Below are positions 20,266 through 32,300 of a stretch of 33,159 nt of DNA, piece after piece. Under the pieces are notes generated by a model that did no database searches, was not told the DNA's origin, and saw nothing but the letters and a program-made list of their open reading frames with translations. Position numbers and translations under genes: made by a program. The stretch's first letter is position 1. Each line of letters begins with the position of its first letter. The stretch comes from Octopus bimaculoides. Taxonomy: Eukaryota. Location of the stretch: positions 147,173,295 through 147,206,453 of the forward strand of contig NC_068984.1 of assembly GCF_001194135.2 (NCBI RefSeq), read 5' to 3'.

Positions 20266-21179
20266 CTTGAACCCTGCAACGGCCCAACACAAATGTTGCA
20301 ATCTCAATCACTTGCACATCTTGGAAACCGGTCAACCAGCCTTATGAGTCCTGGGGATCAAGAAAAACGATTAACATCTCAAAAATAAATAGACACCATC
20401 ATTTCCGAAAGGTTCATTCCGCTTTTCTTTTTTACGTATTTGTTGGTCAAAGAAGAGGTTTCCTTCCAGCAGCTCTGCCTGGGTAGCTTCAGCAGAATCC
20501 ACTTCGTGGCAAGCAGTCTTATTAGGTTTCCGATCAGATCAAACCTGACTTCATCTGATCAACCTTGGAAGCATCAAGTGCTTCTTCCTGAGTAAAATAT
20601 TTTTTTTAAATAGTGTAAATATTTGAATTTGTGTCAACTAAAACCATCCACTACTTTGCATATACCGATTAGTCGGGGTGGGTGGGCGTACCTTTTGTAC
20701 TAAGGTGAACCTTACACAAATCGATAAGCATCATTCAAATGATGAAGCAACATTCAATGCTTCATTGATCAGTGCATCAATTCTGTACTTTATATTGGTT
20801 TCCCTATTCTTTTGTTAGTGCCGTTATTATTGTTCTTGTTATCGTTTAATACTGGTCAGTTTAGACACAGTAAAGACATGACTCACATGTCGTCATTTAA
20901 ATGTTTGTTAAGAAACCATTAAACCAGTATCATAGTCATTAATCACCACCATTACAGACCCTGCTACGTTCACTCGACCATCGTTAAAGTTTCAATCAAT
21001 TTGCACGTCCTAGTTATCTCCCTTCCGCCATCTTCACTACCGATTATTCTTTCATTATTATTAATCAATTCTGATTGATCAACACGTTTTTTTTTCTCTT
21101 TCGGCCACAACAATCAGGTTTTCTAGATCCAACTGAATTATATGCCTCTGCATTTTCTGTTTTGTATTATTAGCCACAA

Positions 21180-21485
21180 GCATGGTTCTGTGGTAAGAAG
21201 TTTGCTTCCCAACCAAGTGTTTCCGGGTTCTGTGCCATCGCGCTGCACTTCGAGCAAGTGTCTACATACATACAGGTGTGTGTTTGTCTCCTACCACCGC
21301 TTTACAAATTGTGTTGGTGTGTTTACATTCCCGTACCTTAGTAGTTCGTCAGAAGTAGCAGGCTTAAAAGAAGAAGTCCTGGTGTCGATTCGTTCGACTA
21401 AAATTATTCGTTCGACAAAATTCAAGCTGTTGCCCCAGCTTGGCCACAGTATAATGATTGAAATAAGTGAAATTTAAAAAGATAC
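21180..21485 (+). mobile_element. SINE family A with internal deletion and an 18-bp internal duplication
   Basis: TGTGGTAAGAAGTTTGCTTCCCAACC..CCGGGTTC..GAGCAAGTGTC and 3' GTCGATTCGTTCGACT. ATTCGTTCGAC occurs twice, 18 bp apart. Confidence 0.82.
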
Positions 21486-21499
21486 CATGGAGAATGGTA

Positions 21500-21865
21500 A
21501 GGTGGCAAGCTGGTAGAATTGTTACCGCGCCGGACAATATGTTTAGCAGCATTTCGTCCGACTTTACGTTGTGAGTTCAAATTCTGTCAAGGTCGACTTT
21601 GCCTTTCATCATTTCGAAATCGATAAACTAAATACCATTTATACATTGGGGTCGATCTAATCGATTACTCCCGCCCCCGCCATTTCTGGCATCGTACTCA
21701 TTGGTGGATTAGAACAGTCATTGGAGTGGCGCCGTATTTATTCCTGCTCTTTAAGTCTTGAGTTCAAATCTCAGCGAGATCCAGATTGCCTTTCATTCTT
21801 TCGGGTTCGATAAATTAACATAGTGATCAAGACCTGGGTTTCTATGGCATCGACGAAACCCGTCC
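21500..21865 (+). mobile_element. Two tandem SINE B copies (about 21500-21695 and 21740-21865)
   Basis: GGTGGCAAGCTGGTAGAATTG head, GAGTTCAAATTC, GGTCGACTTTGCCTTTCATC, GGGGTCGATCTAATCGA; second copy GAGTTCAAATCTC..GCCTTTCATTCTTTCGGGTTCGATAAATT. Confidence 0.82.
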
Positions 21866-22104
21866 TTAATTGGGCTTTGTCCGTATATTAGAAGCATTAT
21901 GAATCGTCTTTATAGCAACAAATATATTTTTAACATCTCTGAACATTCTGAATGAAAACCATACAGATTTCGATATTGATTTAGGTTATTCGCTGCTGAT
22001 GAGGTCGCTGCCAATAAACAGAGGTGGTTTAAATGGGTCACACATCTACGCTTAAGTCTATAGGATTAAGCTTGGGCGAGGGATCATAATGGGCTCAAAC
22101 GATG

Positions 22105-22712
22105 ACACAAGGTCAGCAAATTTAACTCAATTACATCGATACTCATTGCTCAACTGCTATTCATTTTATCGACTCCGAATTATTAAAAGGCAAAGTCGAC
22201 CTCGATGGAATTTGAACTTTGCACGTAATAGGCGGAAGAAATGTCTCCAAGCACTTTTGTCCGGCATATTACCGATTCTGCTGGCACGCTGTCTTTGATA
22301 ATGATTTCAAAGCTGGCACCACTTGAGCAGGAATTTTATAGAGGCGGGTGTTAGTAAATCACATCGACACCGGGTTTTAACTGGCACTTATTTCAATCAA
22401 AGCGGAAACGATAAAAGTCAACCTCGGCGGAATTTGAACTCAGAACATATTGAGTCAGATGAAATAACGCAATTTTTTTTTCTTTTTGCTTTTTGGACTT
22501 TCTAATTATTCTGTCAATTCGTTGCTTTTATGTAAGAAATAATAATTCTTTCTGTTATAGGCACAAAGCCCGAACATTACGTCGATCTCCAGTCGTCAAC
22601 TGGTACTTATTTTATCGACTTTGAAAGGCTAAGTCGACCTTGGAGGAATTTGAACTCAGTACGTAAAGACGGACGAAATACTAGTAACGATTCTGCCAGC
22701 TTGTCGTCATTA
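22105..22712 (-). mobile_element. Three head-to-tail SINE B copies (about 22105-22295, 22315-22530, 22558-22712)
   Basis: Each shows (A)AGTC[G/A]ACCT..GGAATTTGAACT on the plus strand (reverse complement of the B-box region), separated by short AAT-rich linkers. Confidence 0.85.
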
Positions 22713-22966
22713 TGCTGGAGATAATAATGAGCTTAAAAACAAGAAATGATTATGCGAGGGATTTAGAAAGACAAAAGAATTTGAATGAAAGAATAATTTA
22801 TGTATGACGAACCTAGGAACCATTGTGTTGCAATGTTGGTTGGAGATAAACGAAGACTCACGGCCATTGAAGTCAATGGAAAATTTGCAACGCTAAATAA
22901 AAGGCTGAAGATCAAAGACTGGTGATATGATATAATCCGTTTGTAACAGAGAAAGATATATATGTG

Positions 22967-23032
<66 letters not shown>

Positions 23033-23240
23033 NNNNNNNNNNNNNNNNNNNNNNNNNNNNNNNNNNNNNNNNNNNNNNNNNNNNNNNNNNNNNNNNNNNN
23101 NNNNNNNNNNNNNNNNNNNNNNNNNNNNNNNNNNNNNNNNNNNNNNNNNNNNNNNNNNNNNNNNNNNNNNNNNNNNNNNNNNNNNNNNNNNNNNNNNNNN
23201 NNNNNNNNNNNNNNNNNNNNNNNNNNNNNNNNNATATATA

Positions 23241-23897
23241 CAGGGTGCGGTGAATAAAGTCTTGTCTAAATAACGAAAAAATGAAAATAACACTGACATC
23301 TCATTTTAACAGATATATTTACCAAAATTACATAAAAATATCTTGAAATATTAAAGAGTAAATTTATTCAATAAAATCACTTTTGGCTTCAACCACAGCC
23401 TCCAGATTACTTCGGAATCTCCTGCAACTCTTCCGGATGGTCTCCTTGTTTAAGTTGGTGAATGCTGCCATAATCTTTGCCTTCAGTTCATCTTTGGTGT
23501 TACAAGGAGTTTTCTTGGTCTCTCGCTCAGTTGCACCCTACGCATAATAATCAAGGAGGTTGCAGTCTGGGGAAGTTCAGTGGCCAGATGTTAGGGTTGG
23601 TGTGGTCGCACAAATTGTCTGACAGCCATGATTGGCTCCTCCTGCTTGTGTGGCATAGTGCAGAGTCCTGTTGTCAGACATAGTGTCTTCCAGCAGTCAC
23701 CCTCTTCACCCAGGGCAGCACTACCTCCTCCAAGCACTTGATGTAGGTCTCCGTATTGAGTCTGAGTCCATGTCGCCATCACTAGTGATGAATCCAAACA
23801 CCTTGATGTTGACTGGATGCTTGATTTTTATCCCTCTCGGTACATGTTTTGGGGACACGGCAAGCCAATGGTTGTTCTGTGTCACCATCTGTTCGGA
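23241..23897 (-). mobile_element. Tc1/mariner DD37D (maT) element, 5'-truncated, with 3' TIR
   Basis: Minus-strand peptides QNNHWLA..KHPVNIKVFGFITSDGD, HGLRLNTETYIKCLEEVVLPW, QQDSA..(37 aa)..SPDCNLLD and CRRFRSNLEAVVEAKSDFIE* (stop 23364-23366), with stops and frameshifts. Terminus TA|CAGGGTG at 23239-23247. Confidence 0.9.
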
Positions 23898-24906
23898 TTG
23901 AAGCTTCCGGCAAGAATACTAAGCACTACAACATGTCATTTCCAAATTTCTGGCAGAATGAAATGCGTCATGGTGCTGGGCTTTTTTTCCTGACAAACAG
24001 TGCCCAACTGACCCTATTATATGCTGTGTATTCGACAAAATCAAAAACAATGTGCATTCGCGAAATTAGAAATATAAAATGGCGACAATTTCTAAAACAA
24101 TGATATTGTAATCGTTTAGCGAAGGTATAACACACGCTCGGTCTCATTTTTCTGTCGTTTGCTTATATTCTTCTATAAATTTATCTGCTTACCAGAGTAC
24201 ACGGCCATAGCTTCAGCACTTTATGCTCTCATTGTCGTCCTGATTGGAAGATCAGCCGAAGCCAGCGCTTTCGGCTTTCGCACTCAAGGCAATCTTCTTC
24301 AAAAGTTTTACAACCTTCCTTTTCATACTTCCTCCGCTCAACTCTTTCCAAAGTTAGCTTTTTTCAGTTCTTTATCTTGATTTGAAGCTCCTCCAGATTA
24401 CCTTTTATGCAGACTTCGTAACAGTCTTTGTAACACACACACACATGCAAAAATACACACACGCGCGCACACACACACACATATTCACGCACAAAAGCAG
24501 CAACATATAAGATAATTCGAGTTATTTAATTTCGTACTAAAATCTAAAACATGTATCTGTACCCTTCCTGTTACAACAACCAACTAGCAAGTGTAGAAAC
24601 CCCTCATTCAGTCCACTTAGAGGATCGGGGATCCCTAACCCTGTGATAGCCTGAGAAACCATTACTCCGACAATTAGTCTTGAGAGGAATTATACGGAAC
24701 GTACGGCATTTCTGGAAATCCGAATCATTCATTCAGATAAGGAGACTGAGAAGTTCTCTGCCTCTCTCTCGCGAACGGTAATTCTAATGTGTTTTTATAT
24801 TTGAGAATATGGCGGACAATCACTTCTTCCAGAAACGGAACTGAAATTATTGAATAAGATTGACTGTGATGTTTCATTAATATTGCTAAATAAACTATCT
24901 GAAATA

Positions 24907-24910
<4 letters not shown>

Positions 24911-25003
<93 letters not shown>
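24911..25003. repeat. (CT)n microsatellite, about 46 units
   Basis: Perfect run seen directly. Confidence 0.97.
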
Positions 25004-25005
<2 letters not shown>

Positions 25006-25417
25006 GTTACCGAAGATAATTTTTTGGGGGGGAGAAATTTTCATCTGAGAACTCATTTGACTTGCGACCTACCGAGTCAGGATGGCCAATTTGATGCGAG
25101 ATAATACTTCCGCATATCTGCAAACTAAACCAGGATAACTCGCCCTATAAAGTACTAAATCCATTTTACAGCATCAACAAAATTCGTTTGTCTTAAAAAA
25201 ACAAAAAGAAAAAAAATGTACCACCTGACCACTTTCGATGGATGACAATCGACTCAGCAGAAATCTTAATTTTACTCATTCATTCAAACCAGCCTTATTG
25301 ACCGCGCGTAGCGTTAACTCCTGAGCAACAACGGACGAAATAATCGACAGCCTCATAATAAATATCATTTTTGCATCATATGCAGATTGTTTTCGTTCGT
25401 ACAGAAAACTGTGTGTG

Positions 25418-25459
<42 letters not shown>

Positions 25460-26027
25460 TATATATATATATATGCATATATATATTATATATAGTATAT
25501 GTATGTGTATGTATATGCTATACATATATATCCACACTCATGTATAATTAGTTAGATAGTTAGAATGATAGATAAACACAAAGTGTTATGACTCATAAAT
25601 ATCCTGTAAACAGGGAATGTCTTTATCTTCTTGAAAAACAAGAGAAAGAAAATCAATATCTAGTCACGAAGTTATCAAATATTGATCAAGTTTCCTGAGT
25701 CTTATAGCTGTCATCAATAATCGATCCCTACTCCTGGCAGCAGCAAAACATATACAAATGTAGAATGAAACAATAATATGAACGAAGATAATCTGTGTAT
25801 TGACTTGATAGATAAATCGGTCGCGAAAACCTGGAGGCGCTTAGAGCTGGTTGCAGCTGTCTGTGTTTCTATGCATGTGTGTAAACAGGAGTGCGGATTC
25901 GTGCGAGTACGATCGTCTGTCAGTGTGTGTGTGTGTATTGTGATTATATTACTGTGCTTGTGTGAATTTGATAATGCATGCATATGTATGTGTGTATATA
26001 TACGTTGAATCATGTATATGATGTGTG

Positions 26028-26058
<31 letters not shown>

Positions 26059-26080
26059 GTATATATATGTATATATATAT

Positions 26081-26230
26081 TGCTCGAAATGGGGAGTAGA
26101 TAGATAGCCGACAACTGATGAAGGGTCAACTTTGTATTCTTTGTATTGTCTTGTTGTCCATTTTCTTGCTCTCGTTATTTGCGTATTTAATTCATTTGTT
26201 TCGTATTTCATGTAATGTCATGTACCCATA
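26081..26230 (+). mobile_element. Diverged member of the hammerhead-box repeat family (see 1950-2205)
   Basis: TGCTC-GAAA-TGGGGA-GTA-(16 nt)-CTGATGA-AGGGT; downstream T-rich segment ending AATGTCATGTACCCA (26214-26228) matches the reverse complement of 2032-2046. Confidence 0.55.
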
Positions 26231-26271
26231 CATACATACATACATACATACATACATACATACATACATAC

Positions 26272-26311
<40 letters not shown>

Positions 26312-27062
26312 CAAATAATAAGCAACACGGATTTCAAAAGTGATTGCAGTACGCACGTTTCATGCTACTTCAATTTATTTAAGTAATGTGAGCATTACCT
26401 TAAATGCAATATGAAGAGCAATCTTCAGCTGCACGAAAAAATGTAGAAAAAAAGACATATTACAAATGTGGCAACATATTAAAACCAAGTGGGAGNNNNN
26501 NNNNNNNNNNNNNNNNNNNNNNNNNNNNNNNNNNNNNNNNNNNNNNNNNNNNNNNNNNNNNNNNNNNNNNNNNNNNNNNNNNNNNNNNNNNNNNNNNNNN
26601 NNNNNNNNNNNNNNNNNNNNNNNNNNNNNNNNNNNNNNNNNNNNNNNNNNNNNNNNNNNNNNNNNNNNNNNNNNNNNNNNNNNNNNNNNNNNNNNNNNNN
26701 NNNNNNNNNNNNNNNNNNNNNNNNNNNNNNNNNNNNNNNNNNNNNNNNNNNNNNNNNNNNNNNNNNNNNNNNNNNNNNNNNNNNNNNNNNNNNNNNNNNN
26801 NNNNNNNNNNNNNNNNNNNNNNNNNNNNNNNNNNNNNNNNNNNNNNNNNNNNNNNNNNNNNNNNNNNNNNNNNNNNNNNNNNNNNNNNNNNNNNNNNNNN
26901 NNNNNNNNNNNNNNTAGCCACTCTTTCACCCGCGGACTTGGTCCCCGGTAAAGATTTCAGCGTGTAAGCTCAGATCATTTGAATGCTACAAAGTGTTTTT
27001 AATATTAAGAAAATATGCACTCATGTAAGGATGTAGGTCGTGGACTGGCGATATGATTCATC

Positions 27063-27120
27063 TTCGATCCTGTTCGGGTCAGTGGTGTCCATAGGACAAA
27101 AAACGGCGAAACATCGATGT
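27063..27120 (+). repeat. 58-bp sequence identical to 29556-29613
   Basis: TTCGATCCTGTTCGGGTCAGTGGTGTCCATAGGACAAAAAACGGCGAAACATCGATGT; direct repeat, offset 2493 bp. Confidence 0.95.
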
Positions 27121-27296
27121 TTATCACTCCTGAATGGGATTCAGTTATGTCGCCTGTCCGCGAGTTTCAGGTGTTTTGACACCCGACCATTTCAGAGAGC
27201 TATTTCCGACACGCCATTGACAGAATACCGACAAATACTCGGCTTCTGTGCGTTTAATATATGTGATCGATGCTATATATATTCTTTTATTCTTTT

Positions 27297-27470
27297 ATTT
27301 TTTTCAGTAATATGACTGCGGTCATGCTGGAGCACCGCCTTTAGTCGAACAAATCGATCCCAGGATTAATTCTTTGTAAGCCTAGTACTTATTCTATCGG
27401 TCACTTTTGCCGAACCGTTAAGATACGAGGACGTAAACACACCAACGTCGGTCGTCAATGGTCGGGGGGG
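27297..27470 (-). mobile_element. SINE family A 3' part running into a gap; well preserved
   Basis: GACTGCGGTCATGCTGGAGCACCGCCTTTAGTCGAACAAATCGA..TTTGTAAGCCTAGTACTTATTCTATCGG..GCCGAACCG..ACGTAAACACACC. Confidence 0.9.
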
Positions 27471-27989
27471 NNNNNNNNNNNNNNNNNNNNNNNNNNNNNN
27501 NNNNNNNNNNNNNNNNNNNNNNNNNNNNNNNNNNNNNNNNNNNNNNNNNNNNNNNNNNNNNNNNNNNNNNNNNNNNNNNNNNNNNNNNNNNNNNNNNNNN
27601 NNNNNNNNNNNNNNNNNNNNNNNNNNNNNNNNNNNNNNNNNNNNNNNNNNNNNNNNNNNNNNNNNNNNNNNNNNNNNNNNNNNNNNNNNNNNNNNNNNNN
27701 NNNNNNNNNNNNNNNNNNNNNNNNNNNNNNNNNNNNNNNNNNNNNNNNNNNNNNNNNNNNNNNNNNNNNNNNNNNNNNNNNNNNNNNNNNNNNNNNNNNN
27801 NNNNNNNNNNNNNNNNNNNNNNNNNNNNNNNNNNNNNNNNNNNNNNNNNNNNNNNNNNNNNNNNNNNNNNNNNNNNNNNNNNNNNNNNNNNNNNNNNNNN
27901 NNNNNNNNNNNNNNNNNNNNNNNNNNNNNNNNNNNNNNNNNNNNNNNNNNNNNNNNNNNNNNNNNNNNNNNNNNNNNNNNNNNNNNNNN

Positions 27990-28037
<48 letters not shown>

Positions 28038-29555
28038 CCACACGAGTAGAAATATAGAAAAAGAAGTTGAAAATGCACTGGAACTCTCTTAGATGACTTA
28101 TTTTTAAGGCTTAACCGGTTTCATAGATTTTTTAATTTTCAAAAGTTAATATAGAAAGCCGAATGGTTCTGCAGCGACAGTTCTGCTTCTTGTTGGAGTT
28201 GGAAAATTCTCTTGCTTTTATGAAGAGAACGGGGCTCGAAATTTGATTGGCAGACGATGATCTCGTGATTAGGCTTAGAATTTTTTGTAACACACACACA
28301 CACACACACACACACATTCATATATAAGCATATTCAAAAGTATGTATACTAATAATAATGTTTGCTTTTATGTTAAATCATATTTAGTAACAAATTGACA
28401 TTAATCTACAAGAGTACTCAGTGCTTTTTGTAGAGTACAATATTAATTTTTATGAAAGAAAGTGGAAAAGCTGAAAGTGACTTCGAAGTTTCGACTTACC
28501 AGCCGTTATGCAGCTGTATACACTCATTCATACACACATCTATTGATCGATCCACCCACCCATCCATCGATCCATCCATCGATCCATCCACCCATCAATC
28601 CATCCATCCACATACATACATACATACATACATATTGACCCCTAGTATTTGTGATGCTATCCCCGAACACCTCCATTCCATTAACATCAATCTCCATGTG
28701 AGAATTATGCCACGCTTACATTTTACGTTATGAAACTATTCACTGTTGGCGGGCGACGCCCTAACACACAGTTAATATGGCCATTAGTCATTTCTTCATT
28801 ACAACTGCTTGCTTTAGTTATGTGACACTCGACACTCGCCTCGTGTCTGGATGGCTTTTACCTGCTTTGACACGTTCATCACAAACAGTCACAGGAGCCT
28901 AAAGACACGTCAGCATTTCTCTGTGGATCCCACTATGCTCGCACGTATACGTGTGTATGTATGTATGTATGTATGTATGGTAAAAATGAAATTGTGTATG
29001 CTTATTTCTTAGTATTTGAAATGTTAAAGTTATTTTCGCAAAACAAGTAAATAGTATTTTCTCAAACAATAGATCCACTTATTTCGGTTAGTGACTTATC
29101 CACGAATATACCAACGCTAGCGCCCCTGAGGGTAATATTCTCTGGGAACGCACAAAAGCCCTTTTCAGAGTTATTTACTTTGAGTTGTTGTTGTTATCTC
29201 ACATCTGATTAGCCTGTTATTATGTAACATGCTTCACGATTTTAGTATACATACCTTATTAGTATTTCCTCAAATGTTCAATATACTCTGGGAACGCATT
29301 AAAGTCCATTTCGGGGCTACTTTATTTGAACTCTTACTACCGGGTAACTAATTTCATGTTATTATAAACTTCTTAACCACACAGCCATGCCTGTGTCTAT
29401 ATATACAAAGCATTTACATTTTTAGTACATAGAGACCCATGTATACGCATACATATCTAGAAACATATATGTATAGACGAACTCCAAGTTAAAACATTTA
29501 CATATTCATTGTTCGAAAGAAAACAAAACTCTCTATATAAACAGTCGTGTTGGTA

Positions 29556-29613
29556 TTCGATCCTGTTCGGGTCAGTGGTGTCCATAGGACAAAAAACGGC
29601 GAAACATCGATGT
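29556..29613 (+). repeat. Second identical copy of the 58-bp structured unit
   Basis: Base-for-base identical to 27063-27120. Confidence 0.95.
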
Positions 29614-30944
29614 AATCACGTTGTTCTAGTTTCAATTTCAACTCAGTTATCCAGTAAAGTGTCTTCTAGACTAGCTTCGTGTTTACCTATTTATTTCACA
29701 CTTTCTAATTGACGTCGTATTGTGCATAAATAGTGTTTAACTAATGAGGAGCTGTCAAAGTAAAAACTAATTAATACTAAAAAAAATACATTATTGGACA
29801 ACAAATTAAGCTGGCCAATAATGTACTGAAGGCAGGATTATTTTATACAGCAGCTGACCTGTGCCATTGTTTAGGGAAAGACACCAGATACAACATCTCT
29901 GAGGAGCGAGAAACTAATCCTGAAACTGTCAATCAGGAGATCGCTCTCTTCTTTTTCCCTTTCCGACGGACATCAATAGCGGTTGAGAAATATGTTTACA
30001 TATTTGTCCTGCGGTGAGATTTTGTGACATTTTAATGTATTTCAGTTCTGACTTACGATGTGCTCAGCACAAAATAGATACCATTTGATTAATGACGAGC
30101 CATAAAAAACACAGATATGCAATCTAGGCTATGTAATTTTGTGTCAGCATAATCCATACCTCCTCTATATGACAGTTGGTCTATTCTATTGGTTGAGGAA
30201 GGAAACTGAGTGACTCTCCTGTGAGGTACCGTCACAATCCATAAAACGGTCCGTTAGGAGATTTTCTTCCTCTTTATTTTCCGAACATCAATATTATAGA
30301 AAAAATTTGCTTACATTCTTATTAACCTCAGTGAGGCTTTATAACACATACGCACATGCACACATACATACATGCAAGCATGCGTACGCACACACACGCA
30401 CACACCTTAATATGGTGTTCCATTTAATATCAATGCCAATACTGACGTATTGCAATAAAACTTGTGTTTNNNNNNNNNNNNNNNNNNNNNNNNNNNNNNN
30501 NNNNNNNNNNNNNNNNNNNNNNNNNNNNNNNNNNNNNNNNNNNNNNNNNNNNNNNNNNNNNNNNNNNNNNNNNNNNNNNNNNNNNNNNNNNNNNNNNNNN
30601 NNNNNNNNNNNNNNNNNNNNNNNNNNNNNNNNNNNNNNNNNNNNNNNNNNNNNNNNNNNNNNNNNNNNNNNNNNNNNNNNNNNNNNNNNNNNNNNNNNNN
30701 NNNNNNNNNNNNNNNNNNNNNNNNNNNNNNNNNNNNNNNNNNNNNNNNNNNNNNNNNNNNNNNNNNNNNNNNNNNNNNNNNNNNNNNNNNNNNNNNNNNN
30801 NNNNNNNNNNNNNNNNNNNNNNNNNNNNNNNNNNNNNNNNNNNNNNNNNNNNNNNNNNNNNNNNNNNNNNNNNNNNNNNNNNNNNNNNNNNNNNNNNNNN
30901 NNNNNNNNNNNNNNNNTATATTTATATGTATATGTATATGTGTA

Positions 30945-31015
30945 CATAAAGCCCGCACTGATCAATGCCTTGTGAGCGAATTTGGTAAATGGAAACTGGG
31001 TAGAAGCCTAGTGTG
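30945..31015 (+). mobile_element. SINE family A internal fragment
   Basis: AAGCCC..GCCTTGTGAGCGAATTTGGTAAATGGAAACTG..AGAAGCC matches 2715-2775. Confidence 0.7.
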
Positions 31016-31048
31016 CGTGTGTGAAGAAGAAAAGAAAGAAAAAAGAGC

Positions 31049-31114
31049 ATGAAGAAGAAGAAGAAGAAGAAGAAGAAGAAGAAGAAGAAGAAGAAGAAGA
31101 AGAAGAAGAAGAAG

Positions 31115-31145
<31 letters not shown>

Positions 31146-31160
31146 GCAACAACAACAACA
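31049..31160. repeat. Compound (GAA)n(CAA)n microsatellite
   Basis: Seen directly. Confidence 0.95.
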
Positions 31161-31425
31161 ATGAGAGGGAGGAAAGAAGAAAGAAGGTGAAGAAGGAGAA
31201 GAAAAAAAAGTAAATGAAATCAAGAAAAAATATATAAATAAAACAAAAAGATTAATAGTAATTGAGAAGAGTGGGGCGAGAAGAGTGGGGGCGAGGAGTA
31301 GAGTCCATCGAGAATAAGGAAATGGAACATTTTAGAGTGGTCAGTATTGTGTTCTTGTCAAAAGATGACTTGTGTGGTGTTTATTGATTTGAGGTCACCT
31401 ATTCAGTTCTCACAGGTGGCATGGT

Positions 31426-31486
<61 letters not shown>

Positions 31487-31575
31487 CATACACATACATA
31501 CATACATACATACATACATNNNNNNNNNNTACATACACATACATACATACATACATACATACATACATACATACA

Positions 31576-31625
<50 letters not shown>

Positions 31626-31772
31626 ATATCGCTCAGAGATTAATTATTGCTATATATATACATATATATATATATATAGCAATATATATATATATATATC
31701 ATGCATATATATACATATATACACATGTCCACACACGTATGCATATATATATATAGATATACATACATATAC

Positions 31773-31822
<50 letters not shown>

Positions 31823-32300
31823 GCATACATACATATACATATACACATGCATAACATACATGCATACACACATGCACCTGCACCTACATACACATATACA
31901 TATATACATATACATAAACATATATACCCCCCACACATATATACAATATATACATACATGCATCTATATCTGTCACATACATACCTACTCACTCACACAC
32001 ATATACATGCACTTATACACACATAGATATATATACACTTACACACATATACATACACATATATACATACACACATGCATATACATACACATACACACAC
32101 ATACATATACACATATACACACACATACAAATATGTGCATACAGACCTACATACACACACATACATATTTGTGCATACGCACCTACAAACCCACATAAGC
32201 GGGTGTACACCCATGCAAACAAATATTCATATATATATTTTTATACAAACACACAGAGATACATTTATACACCTTTACATACATACCCACATATATACAT
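31426..32300. repeat. Long (CA)/(TA)/(CATA) compound and degenerate low-complexity tract
   Basis: Seen directly; explains the H/T/Y/I-rich ORFs. Confidence 0.92.

Noticed and set aside
20400-20592. Minus-strand acceptor followed by protein-like text (EEALDASKVDQ.., HEVDSAEATQAELLEG..)
   Set aside because: Needs a frameshift, contains stops, and matches no family I recognise.
21996-22003. CTGATGAG hammerhead box
   Set aside because: No appropriately placed C-GAAA or pairing helices on either side.
21500-22712. Regularly recurring palindromic motif superficially like a CRISPR or REP array
   Set aside because: Units are about 200-bp diverged SINEs in both orientations in eukaryotic DNA; no short identical repeats, spacers or cas genes.
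24120-24420. Minus-strand peptide with LINE-like flavour and GCCGAA/TTCGGC hairpin
   Set aside because: No diagnostic RT motif; a 6-bp hairpin is expected by chance.
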